A DNA stretch of 64,000 nt from Myxococcales bacterium (GCA_012517325.1 JAAYVF010000107.1:3032-67031); one strand, 5' to 3'. Positions 6,676 through 17,452 are shown, numbered from the stretch's first letter. Notes: generated by a model not told the origin, from the letters alone. Made by a program: numbers and translations.

Positions 6676-9042
6676 TTATTCGTCACCCGCCGCCGGTTGG
6701 CCCTTGTCTTCCTCGCTCAACAAACCGAGATTCTTCATCTCATGGAGGGCACCTTGATGGCGAGGGTTGATTTTCAAGGTTTTTTCAAACCATTCGGCCG
6801 CGGCGACGTTGTTCTTTTCAGACAAATAGGTGAGCCCCATGGCGAACGTCGCCTCGACATCTTCCGGCACATCTTGCAGTAAACCCTGCAAAATACGGCG
6901 GGCATTTTGAGGCTGAGTATCAATATTGACCGTGGCCAGAGTCAGGCGCGCCTGGATATGTTTTGGGTCGATGGCCAGGGCGCGGCGGATGTGTGGGCCC
7001 GCTTCGGGCAGCTTGCCGGTCTGGGCCAGGATCAACCCGAGATAAGCATGGGCGTCGGCGTTCTTTTCCTTTTCCGCCAGAATTTCGTTCAGGATGGCGA
7101 TGGCTTCGTCGGTCTTGCCCTGCCGATAACGGATTTGCGACAGGTTGAGCCGGGCCTTGATGTAGCGCGGTTTTTCCCGCAACGCCTGCGTCAGATAGAT
7201 TTCGGCTTTCGCCAGATTGCCGAGCCGCAGGTAGTTGTAGCCGAGGTGATTGAGCAGGCTGGCGGAATGCGGGGTCAGGTTGAGCGCCGCGAAATAGGCT
7301 TTGTTGGCCAGTTCCCAGGCTTGTTCCTGCTGATAGCACAAACCCATTTTCACGAACGCCGCCCGGTTGTCGCGGTAGATGACCAGGCTGCGTTGATAGT
7401 ATTCGAGGGCGGATTTGCAATCGCCCATGGCGCGATAGATTTCGCCGTAATTGTACAGCACGGCGCTGTTGTGCAGGCGGGTCCGGCTGGCGAGCTTCAT
7501 CAATTGCAGGGCTTCGTCGAATCGGCGCTGCTCGGCGTAGATGCCGGCCAGGTCGTTGTAGATCCAGGCCGGTTCCTCGCGGTCGCGCGGGGCGATGTAT
7601 TCCAAGGCTTTGTTGAGGATCTTTTCCGCCTCGGCGTATTTCTTGTTCATGCGATAGATGTTGCCCAGCACCACGTAAAGCAAGGTAGCGTTGGGGGCGT
7701 CGGCGATCATCTGGGTGAAGAGCCGCTCGTTCGAGTACCAATCGACGTTGCGGTCGATCGTCAGCGCGGTGAAGGAGCCGAACATGGCGACGGTCACCAC
7801 TCCGGCCGCTAGGCGGCGCGCCTTGGAAACGGGCCATTCGCAATCCGCCAGCAGTCCGCCCAACCGCCCGATCAACCGCCCCAACACGATCGCGCCGACC
7901 AGGATGAACGGGGCGCTCGGGATATAGAGGAACCGCTCGGCGGTCATGAATCCCATGTCTTTGGGACCGCTGATGCGGATGAAGTTCGAGATCGGCAGCA
8001 GGGACGCCAGGTAGAACAGCAGCGAGAAGCTGATCAGCTTGTCGCGGGTGAAGGTCACGATGATCGTGGCGATCAACAGCGCCAGGAAAACGAAGCCGGC
8101 CAGAAAAGCCGGGTCGAGTACCGATTCGACCAGCGGATTCTGCAGGTAGGCCGACAGGTGAACCGGCACCAGCATTTTCAGCGAGTAGTAGCCGATCGTT
8201 TTGATGAAGCTGAGAATCGCCGTGATCGTGTCGAACGGATCTTTGGCCTGCTTGCTGAACCCGACCTGGAAATAGCGGAACAGGAAATAGCCGACCACCA
8301 TGCCGATCTGAATGGCGAGGATCGGCAGAAAGCGGACGAGCCGCTTCATTTTTTTAATACCGGTCACGTAAACGAACAGGTAGGCCGCGCTCACCACCGG
8401 CAGCGAAACGGCCATTTCTTTCGCCAGCAAGCTGAAGGCGAAAAGCACCAGCGAAACCGCCCCGGGAAGGTAGGGAGACCGCCGGGCGGCGTGCGGCGCC
8501 GCGCCGGGCAACGGATCGAGGTTCTGCCCGGCGGCGAGCCGTTCGGTGTAAACCTGAAACGCTAGGAAGCTGGCGAAATAGAAGAGGGCGCAGAGCGGAT
8601 CGGTCCGGCCGGCGATCCAGGTGACCGATTCGGTATGGATCGGGTGCACCGCGAACAACAAGGCGGCGATGGTCGGCGCCAGCAGGCGGCGATTGGCCAG
8701 GCGATAAAAGATCAGAAAGAGGATCACCGTGCTCAGGTAATGGATCAGCAGGTTGGTCCAATGATACCCGGCGGGGTCGGTTTGCCAGAAACGCCAATCG
8801 AGGGCGTAGGTGATCGTGACCAACGGCCGGTAATAGCCGTATTTGCGGTTGTCGTCGGAAAAACCGAAGAAATCGCGCGCAAAGATGTCTTTTAAGAAAT
8901 TCCAGCTTTTGATCTGGTAATCGAGCACGATCAGATTGATGTCGTCCCAGATGAAATCGCCCTTCGGCGCATTCCAATAGGCGGCATAAACGCAACCGGC
9001 CAGCACGATTGCGATCAGAAGCAAGGCAATTTTCGTTTTCAT
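6676..9042 (-). CDS. TPR-repeat membrane glycosyltransferase, GT-C fold (TMTC/PMT-like, DUF1736 motif), paralog of 3901..5571
   Basis: The start MKTKIALLLIAIVLAG (rc cat 9040-9042) is followed by DFIWDDINLIV, which parallels FTFDDRLFIQ in the paralog. The protein is multi-TM and its C-terminal ~350 aa are clear TPR repeats (YAEAEKILNKALEY..., AYFAALNLTPH...). Confidence 0.7.
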   Translation of the reverse strand: MKTKIALLLIAIVLAGCVYAAYWNAPKGDFIWDDINLIVLDYQIKSWNFLKDIFARDFFGFSDDNRKYGYYRPLVTITYALDWRFWQTDPAGYHWTNLLIHYLSTVILFLIFYRLANRRLLAPTIAALLFAVHPIHTESVTWIAGRTDPLCALFYFASFLAFQVYTERLAAGQNLDPLPGAAPHAARRSPYLPGAVSLVLFAFSLLAKEMAVSLPVVSAAYLFVYVTGIKKMKRLVRFLPILAIQIGMVVGYFLFRYFQVGFSKQAKDPFDTITAILSFIKTIGYYSLKMLVPVHLSAYLQNPLVESVLDPAFLAGFVFLALLIATIIVTFTRDKLISFSLLFYLASLLPISNFIRISGPKDMGFMTAERFLYIPSAPFILVGAIVLGRLIGRLGGLLADCEWPVSKARRLAAGVVTVAMFGSFTALTIDRNVDWYSNERLFTQMIADAPNATLLYVVLGNIYRMNKKYAEAEKILNKALEYIAPRDREEPAWIYNDLAGIYAEQRRFDEALQLMKLASRTRLHNSAVLYNYGEIYRAMGDCKSALEYYQRSLVIYRDNRAAFVKMGLCYQQEQAWELANKAYFAALNLTPHSASLLNHLGYNYLRLGNLAKAEIYLTQALREKPRYIKARLNLSQIRYRQGKTDEAIAILNEILAEKEKNADAHAYLGLILAQTGKLPEAGPHIRRALAIDPKHIQARLTLATVNIDTQPQNARRILQGLLQDVPEDVEATFAMGLTYLSEKNNVAAAEWFEKTLKINPRHQGALHEMKNLGLLSEEDKGQPAAGDE

Positions 9043-9186
9043 GGACTCCTTCCGTCCCGCCGCGACCACAAGTAAGGCATGAAAGTTACCCAAGCGCTCG
9101 GGCAGTGTCAAACACGGATTGAATCGCGCGAACCGGCTGTGGCGGAGCGGCTGGCCCGAGGCGCGCTTCTTGGCTAGACTGAAATC

Positions 9187-9849
9187 ATGAAAAATCACCG
9201 CTACCCAAGGCTGTTTTATTCGGTTTTATTGTTGCTCCTCGCGCTGGCGAGCCCGCAATGCGGCGATCCGGAACAGACGACCGCGGCTGGCGGCACGACG
9301 CAAGCCAGTCTCGACGCCGACGGCGACGGCAAAATCGACGGCGTTCCCGACGGCGTCGCCGATTGGTTCACGGTGCAGGAATTGGTGACGCTCGCCAACG
9401 CCGGCCTGCCGATCTACACCGGCGAAAATCCGCCGGCGATCGACGGCGTCTATCTCGCCGACACCTTGCGGATCGTCTTCGACTCCCTCGGCGCGTCCGG
9501 CGATCTGGCGGTTTATCGGTTCACCTTCGCCGACCAGCAATCCGACGGGTCACTCGTGTTGTCTTACGAAAGCGAGGGCGTGGATTCCTCCGCCGGCAAT
9601 CCCGCCTGGATCGCCGGCGAAGGCGACTGTTTTTCGGTGTTCACCAACATCGAAGGCTATCAGGAAGAGGACGATTGCACCTACCAGCGGCCGACGGTCT
9701 ATTCCGCCTGTCTGAACGGCGAAGGCGACCTGACCGGCTTTTTCTTCGGCTTCATCATGAAAGGGCTGTCGGGCGATTGTTCCGCCACGATGCCGGAGGG
9801 CGGCTACCGGGTCATCGGCGAGAACGACGGTCTCGTCGCCCGGCAGTGA
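9187..9849 (+). CDS. secreted hypothetical protein
   Basis: The 220-aa ORF opens with a signal peptide (MKNHRYPRLFYSVLLLLLALASPQCGD). It has no recognisable domain but contains a DADGDGKIDGVPDG stretch that may bind Ca2+. Confidence 0.5.
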   Translation: MKNHRYPRLFYSVLLLLLALASPQCGDPEQTTAAGGTTQASLDADGDGKIDGVPDGVADWFTVQELVTLANAGLPIYTGENPPAIDGVYLADTLRIVFDSLGASGDLAVYRFTFADQQSDGSLVLSYESEGVDSSAGNPAWIAGEGDCFSVFTNIEGYQEEDDCTYQRPTVYSACLNGEGDLTGFFFGFIMKGLSGDCSATMPEGGYRVIGENDGLVARQ

Positions 9850-9870
9850 TTTTTCCGGGCGGGCCGGCGA

Positions 9871-10626
9871 ATGGATGCATCATTGACGGAATGCGGTTTC
9901 ACCCTGGACGAGCGGTTGGCGGCCGCCTTGCGGGGCAATGACGCGGCGCGCTTCCTGGCGACGCGCGATCGCGACGGCCGGCCTTACCTGGTGCCGGCGC
10001 TTTCGGCGCAAAGCGCGGAAGGCGGCCTCATTCGGTTCGCGGCGATTTTTCCGGCGGCGGTGGAGCGCAATTTGGCGCTCGGCGGCTCGCTGGCCTTGCT
10101 GGTCGTCGATGAAAAGCTGCGCTGGTGGTCGCTGGCGGGGCGGCTGGAGGGATTCGCGGACGGCGCCGCCGGTGAGGCGGTACGGCGGTGGGGCCGGCTG
10201 CGGCCGACGGGGTTGCTGGCCCGCGGCGAGCCTTCGACCTGGGGTCTGGTCGCCGAGTATTCGCTGCTTCGGCTTTTCGGCATTCCCCGCGGCGACGGGT
10301 ATGCCGACACCCTGCCGCGCGAGGTGGCGCTCCGCCTGCAGACGCTGCAAAACGTCAAGGGCATCGCCTTCGTCGACGCGGAGAACCGATTGATCGCGCT
10401 GCCCTGCCAGAGCCTGCGTCCGGCCGGACCCGGGGCGGTGGTCTGCGGTACCTGGCTGGTCCCGGAATTGCGCCGCGTTCCTCCCCTGGCGCGCGTGGCG
10501 ATTTGTGTCTTGACGTTCGAACCGAATGCCTATCAAATTCACGGCTGTTTCGAGGGGATCGGCGGCGGGCTGTTGCGGACCGCCGCGACGATCCGCGTGA
10601 GCGGCTTGCAACCGGCGCTGGCCTGA
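9871..10626 (+). CDS. hypothetical protein (possibly PNPOx-like split-barrel; weak)
   Basis: A 251-aa ORF with coding-like composition in the gap between neighbouring genes. No confident motif. Confidence 0.45.
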   Translation: MDASLTECGFTLDERLAAALRGNDAARFLATRDRDGRPYLVPALSAQSAEGGLIRFAAIFPAAVERNLALGGSLALLVVDEKLRWWSLAGRLEGFADGAAGEAVRRWGRLRPTGLLARGEPSTWGLVAEYSLLRLFGIPRGDGYADTLPREVALRLQTLQNVKGIAFVDAENRLIALPCQSLRPAGPGAVVCGTWLVPELRRVPPLARVAICVLTFEPNAYQIHGCFEGIGGGLLRTAATIRVSGLQPALA

Positions 10627-10650
10627 GGCCCGCGCCGCACGGATCGGAAA

Positions 10651-13035
10651 ATGCCGAGTTACGATATCCAAAAAGCGGCGCGCCTGCTCGAGTGGGATCG
10701 CGTCACCGATCGGCTGGCCGAGTTCGCCGACAGCGAGCCGGGCCGCCGCCGGTGCCGGGAACTGCCGTTCCTCGACGATCCCGACCGCATCGACGAGGCG
10801 CTGGCCGACGTCGGCGAGGCGCGCGGGCTGCTCGAACGGGGCATCGCGGTCAATTTCGGCGCGGTGGTCGACCTGGGCGCGATGGCCAAGCGGGCGCGCG
10901 TCGGCAGCGCGTTGACGGGCAGCGACCTGCTGGTGCTGGCCGAGCTGCTGCGCCTGAGCCGGCGCACCAAAAAGCTGTTCGAAACCGAGGCCATCCGCCT
11001 GCCGCGCCTGTCGCAGCGGGCCAACGTGCTGCTCGAACAGGTCGCGCTCGAGAAGGAAATATTCGCGCGGATCGAACGCGACGGCCGCGTCGCCGACAAC
11101 GCCAGCCCCGAGCTGGCGCAACTGCGCGACCGTTACCGCGCGGTGCACACCCAGATTCACGCGGTGCTGGAAAAAATCATCGCCGCCCCCGAATACGAGG
11201 AGTTGCTGCAGGAAAAGCTGTTTTCGCTGCGCAACGGGCGCTTCGTCGTGCCGGTGCGCGTCGAGCGCCGCCACGCGGTGGACGGCATCGTCCACGACAT
11301 CAGTCAGACCGGTCAGTCGCTGTTCATCGAACCGCGGCCGATCACCGAACTCAACAACCGCCTGCGAACCGCCGAACTGGAAATCGAACGCGAGATTTAC
11401 CGCATTTTGCTAGAGCTGACCTACAAGGTCGGCGCGGTCATCGACGAGATCGAAACGGCGGTCGAAACGCTGACCGGCCTCGATCTGGTTTTCGCCAAGG
11501 CCCGCTATTCCCTGAAAATCGGCGCCCAACCGGTCGAGGTGTCGCGGAGCGGCGAAATCCACCTGCCGCGCCTGCGCCACCCGCTGCTCATCGAACAACT
11601 GGCCACCGTGATTCCCAACGACCTGCGCCTGGGCGTCGCCGGCACGCTGGTGCTGTCCGGGCCCAACACCGGCGGCAAAACGGTGCTGCTCAAGACCATC
11701 GGCCTGGCGGCGCTGATGCTGCGCGCCGGGCTCCATCTGCCCTGCGGTCCCGACGGCCGCCTGCCGGTTTTCAAGCGGTTGTTCGCGGTCATCGGCGACG
11801 AGCAATCGATAGAGCGCAACCTGTCGAGCTTTTCCAGCCACCTGCTCAACCTGAAAAACATCCTCGACGAGCTGGTGCCGCACAGCCTGGTGCTGATCGA
11901 CGAGATCGGCGAGGGCACCGATCCGACGCAGGGCGTGGCGCTGGCGCGGGCGATTCTGGACGAGTTGCACCAGCACGGCGCGCGGACGATCGTCACCACG
12001 CACTTCGCCGAACTGATGGCCGAGGCGCAAGTCCGCGAGGGCTGGACCAACGCCGCCATGGCCTTCGACGAAGTCGCGATGACGCCGACCTACCACCTGC
12101 TCACCGGCATGCCCGGCCGCAGCAGCGCCTTCGCCATCGCCGAGCGCCTGGGCCTGCCGCGGGCGGTCGTCGCGCGCGCCCGGTCGCTCGCCGCCGGCAC
12201 CGACACGCGGCTGGAGCAGGTCATCCGCCAGTTGGAGGAAGACCGGCAAAAATGGCGGACCCTGAGCGAACAGGCGGAAGAGGCCTGGAACAAGGCCGAG
12301 GCCGAGAAGAAGCGCCAGCAGGATTTGCTGGCGGAATTGCGGACCAAGAAAGACAAGCTGCTGGCGATCGAGCGCGAATCGCTCAAGGCGCAACTGGACG
12401 AGGCGCGCGAGGCGGTGCGGCAGGTCATCAAGGATTTGCAGGCCGGGCCGTCGTTCGCCGAGGCGGAAAGAACCCGCGAGCGGCTCAAGGAAATCGAACG
12501 GGAGCAGGAGCGGATTTTCCCCGCCCGGTCCGAGCCGGTGCCCGCCTTCCTGTTGCCGATCGCGGATTGGAGCGCGGTGCCCGCCGGGTCCGAGGTGGTG
12601 GTGCACAGCCTGGGCGAATCGGCGACCGTGTTGGAGCCGCCCGATGCCCACGGGCGCGTCCGCCTGCAGGTGCGCGACAAACGCCTGACGCTGCCTGCCG
12701 AGCAATGTTACATGAAGCGCGACCTCGTGCCCGAGCCGCCGGAACGCGAACCGGGCGGCGTGTCGGTCGTCGGCGCGGAGCCGGACGAATCGTTGATCCG
12801 CCTGGACCTGCGCGGCCAGACCGCCGACGACGCCCTGCTCGAAACCGAATGTTTCCTGGATCAGGCGATGCGGCTGCGGCTGCCGCAGGTCGCCATCATC
12901 CACGGCCACGGCACCGGCGTGCTCAAGCGAACCATCCGGGAGTATCTGCGTCGTTGTCCGTACGCCCGTTCCTGGCGCCCCGGCGAACGCGGCGAGGGCA
13001 GCGACGGCGTGACGATGGTCGAGTTGGATCTTTAA
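10651..13035 (+). CDS. mutS2: endonuclease MutS2 (MutS ATPase core plus C-terminal Smr domain)
   Basis: 794 aa with a Walker A motif (GPNTGGKT) and DEIGEGTDP, a long coiled-coil region, and a C-terminal Smr-like block (LDLRGQTADDAL...IIHGHGTGVLK). Confidence 0.9.
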   Translation: MPSYDIQKAARLLEWDRVTDRLAEFADSEPGRRRCRELPFLDDPDRIDEALADVGEARGLLERGIAVNFGAVVDLGAMAKRARVGSALTGSDLLVLAELLRLSRRTKKLFETEAIRLPRLSQRANVLLEQVALEKEIFARIERDGRVADNASPELAQLRDRYRAVHTQIHAVLEKIIAAPEYEELLQEKLFSLRNGRFVVPVRVERRHAVDGIVHDISQTGQSLFIEPRPITELNNRLRTAELEIEREIYRILLELTYKVGAVIDEIETAVETLTGLDLVFAKARYSLKIGAQPVEVSRSGEIHLPRLRHPLLIEQLATVIPNDLRLGVAGTLVLSGPNTGGKTVLLKTIGLAALMLRAGLHLPCGPDGRLPVFKRLFAVIGDEQSIERNLSSFSSHLLNLKNILDELVPHSLVLIDEIGEGTDPTQGVALARAILDELHQHGARTIVTTHFAELMAEAQVREGWTNAAMAFDEVAMTPTYHLLTGMPGRSSAFAIAERLGLPRAVVARARSLAAGTDTRLEQVIRQLEEDRQKWRTLSEQAEEAWNKAEAEKKRQQDLLAELRTKKDKLLAIERESLKAQLDEAREAVRQVIKDLQAGPSFAEAERTRERLKEIEREQERIFPARSEPVPAFLLPIADWSAVPAGSEVVVHSLGESATVLEPPDAHGRVRLQVRDKRLTLPAEQCYMKRDLVPEPPEREPGGVSVVGAEPDESLIRLDLRGQTADDALLETECFLDQAMRLRLPQVAIIHGHGTGVLKRTIREYLRRCPYARSWRPGERGEGSDGVTMVELDL

Positions 13036-14922
13036 CTACTCGATGTCCGTGGCGACGTAATCGCGGAACCGCCCCGTTTTTTCCAACAACATTTCAGTAA
13101 TGCGCCGCAGGCCCTCGTACATCGAGGCCGTGTGTTGCATGTTCCGGCGCAGGGATTCCACCACCGAAAGGCCCTGGTAATCGAAGGCGGTATTCACGAC
13201 GAGCAGTTCCTTGCCGCCGACCGCGGTCAGCAGATCGTCGTGGCGGGCCGCCAGCGTTTTCAGGCGCGCCTCGTCCTTTTCCAGCCGGGCGAGCAACTGG
13301 TCGATTTGCGCCGCCGGCCGGTTCGGGCGGTTGAGCAGGCGGAAGATTTCCGCGGTGCGGGCCAGGCCGTTTTTCGCGCAATGCTGCAATTCGCGCAGGT
13401 CGGCGGCGGTGCCGTCGAGCCGCTCCCGCAACGCCGCGCGATCGATCGGGGCGGGCCGATAGCAGACGTCCAGCCGCTCCTGGACCGGGAATTCCGCGCC
13501 CAGGAATTTTTCCGTGGCGACGGCGAAGGGCAGCGGTTCGGCGTCGCGGATGCGGGCGCCGCCCTCGGTGGCGTTGATGACCCGGACCCCGCGGGCGACG
13601 ATCGCCGGCAGGTGTTTCTCGTACCACAGCAGGTAGTTGTACAGGTTGATTTTGGTGAGCACCCGGCCGCCGTAGTAGCCTTCGACCTGCAGGTATTCGT
13701 CGGCGTCGGGCCCCTGGCCGGCGGCGAGGTTTTGCATGGCGCCGGAATCCAGGCTGAAGTCGCCGATCCGCGAGACGCCGGCGGCGTGGCTCTGGCCCGC
13801 TTCGCCGAACGCCAGATCCTGGCCGACGATGACGATCGGGTTGCAGCCCAGGCGCACGGCGAGCGAAAACGCGGCGATCGACACCGAGCCGCTGAAATCG
13901 AGCACCGCGTCAGGCTGGCCGATGAGGCCGAGCAGCCAGTTCGCGTCGGGCATGTCGTTGCCGAAATAAAAAATCCCCTTGGCCGGAAGATCCCACAGGC
14001 GGCGGTGGCATTTGACGAGCAAAGCCAGATAGGCCCGGGCGGTCTCCGGCGCGTCCGCGAACTGCGGGGTGATGTCGTTGGACTCGACGGCCAGGGTGAG
14101 GTCGGGGATCGCGCCGGCCGCCGTGCATTTGCGCAGCGCCGTGCCGACGCTCAGGATGACGCCGCGGTTTTGCCAGCGCGCCAGGCAGGCGGAATTTTTA
14201 TCGAGGCTCGGCCCGGCCGAGACGACGACCGCCGGCCGGCCCGCCAGGGCGCCGTCGAGCCGGGCGAGCGGCGCGTGCCGCGAATAGGCCGGGAAGTTGT
14301 CGATCAGGTTGTCGAACCACTCGATCTGCCGTTTCAGGTTTGTGGCGGTAATGATTTTTTGGTCCTGCTTCATCGTTTCGATGCGGCGCCGCAAGGGTTC
14401 CAATTGATCGGCGTAGAGTTGCCGGATGGGCGGCAGCAGGTACAGGCCCAGGTTGGGCTGCAGCTTCACGCCGTATTCGAATTGAAAAAACAGCTTGTCC
14501 ACCGCGTCGACCACGGTCAGCCGGTGGTCGGCCAGCGCCGCGGCGCAGTCGACGGCGCCCAGGGCGGCGCGCAGCACCGCCGGTCGCGGTTCGATCACGA
14601 ACACCTTGCCGTTGATTTTTCGCCACAGGCCGAGCGCCAGATAGCCCAGTTCAAAACCCAGCACCAGCACCACGCGGCGGGGCGAGCCGCCGGCCGGCTC
14701 CTGTTCCAGCAAAGCCGCGACGTCGCGCGCCGGCTCGTAACGCGAGAGGATCGAGCGGCCGTCGATCGAGAGCGTCGGTTCGCCGTTGCGGGCGAGGGTG
14801 ACGCTGACCGCCGCGTCGGCGGCCGTCTCGCGCAGGATTTGGGTCAGGCGGCGATCCCGCGTCTCCAAAGCCGCCAGATTTTTTTCCAGCAAGGCCGGGT
14901 CGAACCGTTCGGCGGTCGTCAC
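13036..14922 (-). CDS. DUF115 (Maf / motility-accessory-factor-like, MptE-like fold) glycan-modification protein
   Basis: It carries PAVVVSAGPSLDKN...IPDLTLAVESNDITPQ and ...IVIVGQDLAFG, characteristic of DUF115. I chose the GTG start at 14922, which overlaps the upstream stop as GTGA; the track's longer N-terminus is Arg-rich and overlaps the upstream gene. Confidence 0.6.
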   Translation of the reverse strand: MTTAERFDPALLEKNLAALETRDRRLTQILRETAADAAVSVTLARNGEPTLSIDGRSILSRYEPARDVAALLEQEPAGGSPRRVVLVLGFELGYLALGLWRKINGKVFVIEPRPAVLRAALGAVDCAAALADHRLTVVDAVDKLFFQFEYGVKLQPNLGLYLLPPIRQLYADQLEPLRRRIETMKQDQKIITATNLKRQIEWFDNLIDNFPAYSRHAPLARLDGALAGRPAVVVSAGPSLDKNSACLARWQNRGVILSVGTALRKCTAAGAIPDLTLAVESNDITPQFADAPETARAYLALLVKCHRRLWDLPAKGIFYFGNDMPDANWLLGLIGQPDAVLDFSGSVSIAAFSLAVRLGCNPIVIVGQDLAFGEAGQSHAAGVSRIGDFSLDSGAMQNLAAGQGPDADEYLQVEGYYGGRVLTKINLYNYLLWYEKHLPAIVARGVRVINATEGGARIRDAEPLPFAVATEKFLGAEFPVQERLDVCYRPAPIDRAALRERLDGTAADLRELQHCAKNGLARTAEIFRLLNRPNRPAAQIDQLLARLEKDEARLKTLAARHDDLLTAVGGKELLVVNTAFDYQGLSVVESLRRNMQHTASMYEGLRRITEMLLEKTGRFRDYVATDIE

Positions 14923-16196
14923 GAAAAGCGAACTCCGTTGCGCAGGACGCCCATGACCCACAGGTGATAGGCGCTGGTTTCTTCCTCGCCTTCCCATTGC
15001 ACCTGGTGCAGGCCGAGCAGCACGCCGTCGCCGCCGCGCACCAGGACGGAGCTTTCCTCGAAATCGCCCAGCGCGGGCAACGTTTCGACGATCTCCCCCG
15101 GTTCGCCGGGCCGCGGCGGCAGGTCGTCGCGCAGGTCGGCTTTCCAGATGGTGAGGCGGCGGTCGCGCCAGAAGGTGTAGGCGCCGGAATAGGGCGCGGT
15201 CAAGCCGCGGATCGAATTGTAAATGACCTCGGCCGGCTGCCGCCAATCGAGGCGGTCGTCGGCGTCCTGGCGCAGCGGCCAGCAGGTGGCGCGCGATTCA
15301 TCCTGCGGCCGGCGCGGCAGCGACCGGTTGATCATCCGGGGCAGGGCTTCCTCCATCTGCTCGATTTCCAATTTGAGGATGCGGTTGTAGAGCGAAGCGG
15401 CGTCGTCTTCCCGCGAGACGAAGAAGGACCGCTGGTCGGCCAGGTCGCCGGCATTGGCCTGTTCGGTCAGCCATTGCAGGCTGATGGCGCTTTCGGTCAA
15501 TCCTTTGATCAGCGTCCAGCGCAACGGCGAATGGCCGCGCCCTTCCGGCAGGCGGGTCGGGTACAGGCCGAGCGCGCCGCTTTTCGGCACGGCCAGCAAT
15601 TCCGGGCCGAATTCCTGGTTCCAACCCAGGACGCACAGGTAGTCGGGAGCGGCCGCCCGGATCGCTTCGACGACCTTGGCGTCGTTGATGTCGGCGGTGT
15701 GCAGGAAAGGGATGTCGTTGGCCAGGCAGAGCTTTTTCAGAGGGTCGGCCTCGCGCGATTTCATCCCGGCGGCTTTCCGGCCGATGACCAGCACCGGCGG
15801 CGCCTCGCGTTCGAGCAACTCCGCCAGGAGGCGGCGGGTGTGCTCGAAACCGCCGATGAACACGATGCGCAGGCCGCGCTTGGGCAGTTGCAGGGCGAAG
15901 GGCAGTTCGAGCCCGTCGGCGGCGGCGAAAAAGCCGGCCATTTGCAGGGCGGGCATGGTTTCGGGTCTCGGCCGGCGGGCGACGATCCGCTCGAGTTCCC
16001 AGTGATGCAGCGCCTGGCGGGCGCCGTGCGCGGCCAGCAAGGCGCCGAGTTCCGGGTTCTTGCCGCTGAGCCGGGCGACGCCGCGCTGGTCGACGACGAA
16101 GGCGCCTTCGTCCTCGTTCCACTTGCCGCGCACCGTCAGTCGGTCGTCTTGCCATTCGGTGCAGAGGGTAATATCTGTAAGCAATAAGGGTTTCAT
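14919..16196 (-). CDS. formyltransferase-family protein (Fmt/PurN-like domain with N-terminal extension)
   Basis: It shows the formyl_trans_N-like block LCVLGWNQEFGPELLAVPKSGALGLYPTRLPEGRGHSPLRWTLIKG. It is coupled to the DUF115 gene by a GTGA overlap. Confidence 0.6.
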   Translation of the reverse strand: MKPLLLTDITLCTEWQDDRLTVRGKWNEDEGAFVVDQRGVARLSGKNPELGALLAAHGARQALHHWELERIVARRPRPETMPALQMAGFFAAADGLELPFALQLPKRGLRIVFIGGFEHTRRLLAELLEREAPPVLVIGRKAAGMKSREADPLKKLCLANDIPFLHTADINDAKVVEAIRAAAPDYLCVLGWNQEFGPELLAVPKSGALGLYPTRLPEGRGHSPLRWTLIKGLTESAISLQWLTEQANAGDLADQRSFFVSREDDAASLYNRILKLEIEQMEEALPRMINRSLPRRPQDESRATCWPLRQDADDRLDWRQPAEVIYNSIRGLTAPYSGAYTFWRDRRLTIWKADLRDDLPPRPGEPGEIVETLPALGDFEESSVLVRGGDGVLLGLHQVQWEGEEETSAYHLWVMGVLRNGVRFS

Positions 16197-16318
16197 CGGA
16201 TCGCCGTTCCGCGCCCCGCGGCGCTGAATAATAATGCCGTTGTGACCCTGCGTCGCCGGCTCACGGGCGCCGGCCGGAATGCCACGGATTTTAACGGAAA
16301 TTTGCCTCGGGTGAAACC

Positions 16319-17452
16319 ATGACCAAACCCAAAAAGAAACCGGTGGTGGGCGCGGTGATCCAGGCCCGCCTGGGTTCTTCGCGGCTGCCGGGAAAAGTGC
16401 TGCTGCCGCTGGCCGGCAAGCCGGTCCTGGCGCACGTGGTCGAGCGCTTGCGCCGGTGCCGCCGGCTGGATCGCATCGTCGTGGCGACCAGCACCGCGCC
16501 GGAAGACGCGCGCTTGTTGAAATTGGCCGACGAGCTGGGCGTCGATTCGTTCGCCGGCAGCGAAAACGACGTGCTGGCGCGCTTTCTCGGCGCCGCCGAC
16601 CGCTTCGGCCTGGACATCGTCGTGCGCATCTGCAGCGATTCCCCGCTGCTCGACTGGGTGTTCATCGACGAGATGATCGAGCGCCTCGCGGCGGGCCGCG
16701 CGGATTACTCGATCTGCGACGAGAGTCTGCGCCACGGTTGCGAGGGCTTCGAGACGGTCACGGCGGCCGCCTTGCGCCGGGTCGCCGCGCTCACCGACGA
16801 CGCCGTCAACCACGAGCACGTCACCTGGTACATCCGCCGACATCCGGACGAGTTCCGGATCTGGCATCACCCGGTGCCGCGGGAAATGCGGGGCCCGTAC
16901 CGGATGAGCATGGACGTCGCCGCCGATTACGAATTCATGCGCCGCATCTACGAGGCGCTGTACCGCCCCGGCAACCCCATCGACCTGCGCGCCGCCCTGC
17001 GCTGGCTCAAGCGGCATCCGGAGGTGATGGCCCACAACGCCCACGTTCGGCAAAAACCGGCCGAGGACGCGACCCGGCGGATGTTGTTCATTCTCGGCGG
17101 CGGCATCGCGACCGGCCGGCGCAAAGCGCGCCTCGCCGCCGTGACCGCGCAGTTGGCCGAAAACCACCACGTCGTGCTGACCCTCGCCGCGCCGGCGCCG
17201 CTCGCCGCCCTGGCGGATTTCGGCGCGCGCGGCTACCGGCTGCTGGAACTGCCGGCGAAGTTCCGGCTGACGCGGGCCGTGGTGAGCGAACTGGCGGAGC
17301 GCTGCCGGGCGCGCCTGCTGGTGTACGACGAAGCCCTCCCGGTCGGCGAAAATCTGGTCGCCTGGCTGGCCGGCCAGGGGATCACCGCGCTGCCGCTCGC
17401 GACGCGGATCGACCGGTTGGCGAAACTGGCACGCGCGGCGGCTCAAAAGTGA
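16319..17452 (+). CDS. acylneuraminate/SpsF-type cytidylyltransferase (CMP-sugar synthetase family)
   Basis: The N-terminus VVGAVIQARLGSSRLPGKVLLPLAGKPVLAHVVERL matches the CMP-NeuAc/PseF/SpsF cytidylyltransferase signature. It is transcribed divergently from the formyltransferase gene. Confidence 0.7.
   Translation: MTKPKKKPVVGAVIQARLGSSRLPGKVLLPLAGKPVLAHVVERLRRCRRLDRIVVATSTAPEDARLLKLADELGVDSFAGSENDVLARFLGAADRFGLDIVVRICSDSPLLDWVFIDEMIERLAAGRADYSICDESLRHGCEGFETVTAAALRRVAALTDDAVNHEHVTWYIRRHPDEFRIWHHPVPREMRGPYRMSMDVAADYEFMRRIYEALYRPGNPIDLRAALRWLKRHPEVMAHNAHVRQKPAEDATRRMLFILGGGIATGRRKARLAAVTAQLAENHHVVLTLAAPAPLAALADFGARGYRLLELPAKFRLTRAVVSELAERCRARLLVYDEALPVGENLVAWLAGQGITALPLATRIDRLAKLARAAAQK

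Noticed and set aside
10188-13100. 970-aa plus-strand ORF (plus 9880..11295 and 11410..12909 on the minus strand) overlapping mutS2
   Set aside because: These are alternative-frame or antisense artefacts of the high-GC mutS2 gene. They are extreme Arg/Pro/Gly compositions with no domain signatures, whereas the mutS2 frame carries Walker A and Smr motifs.
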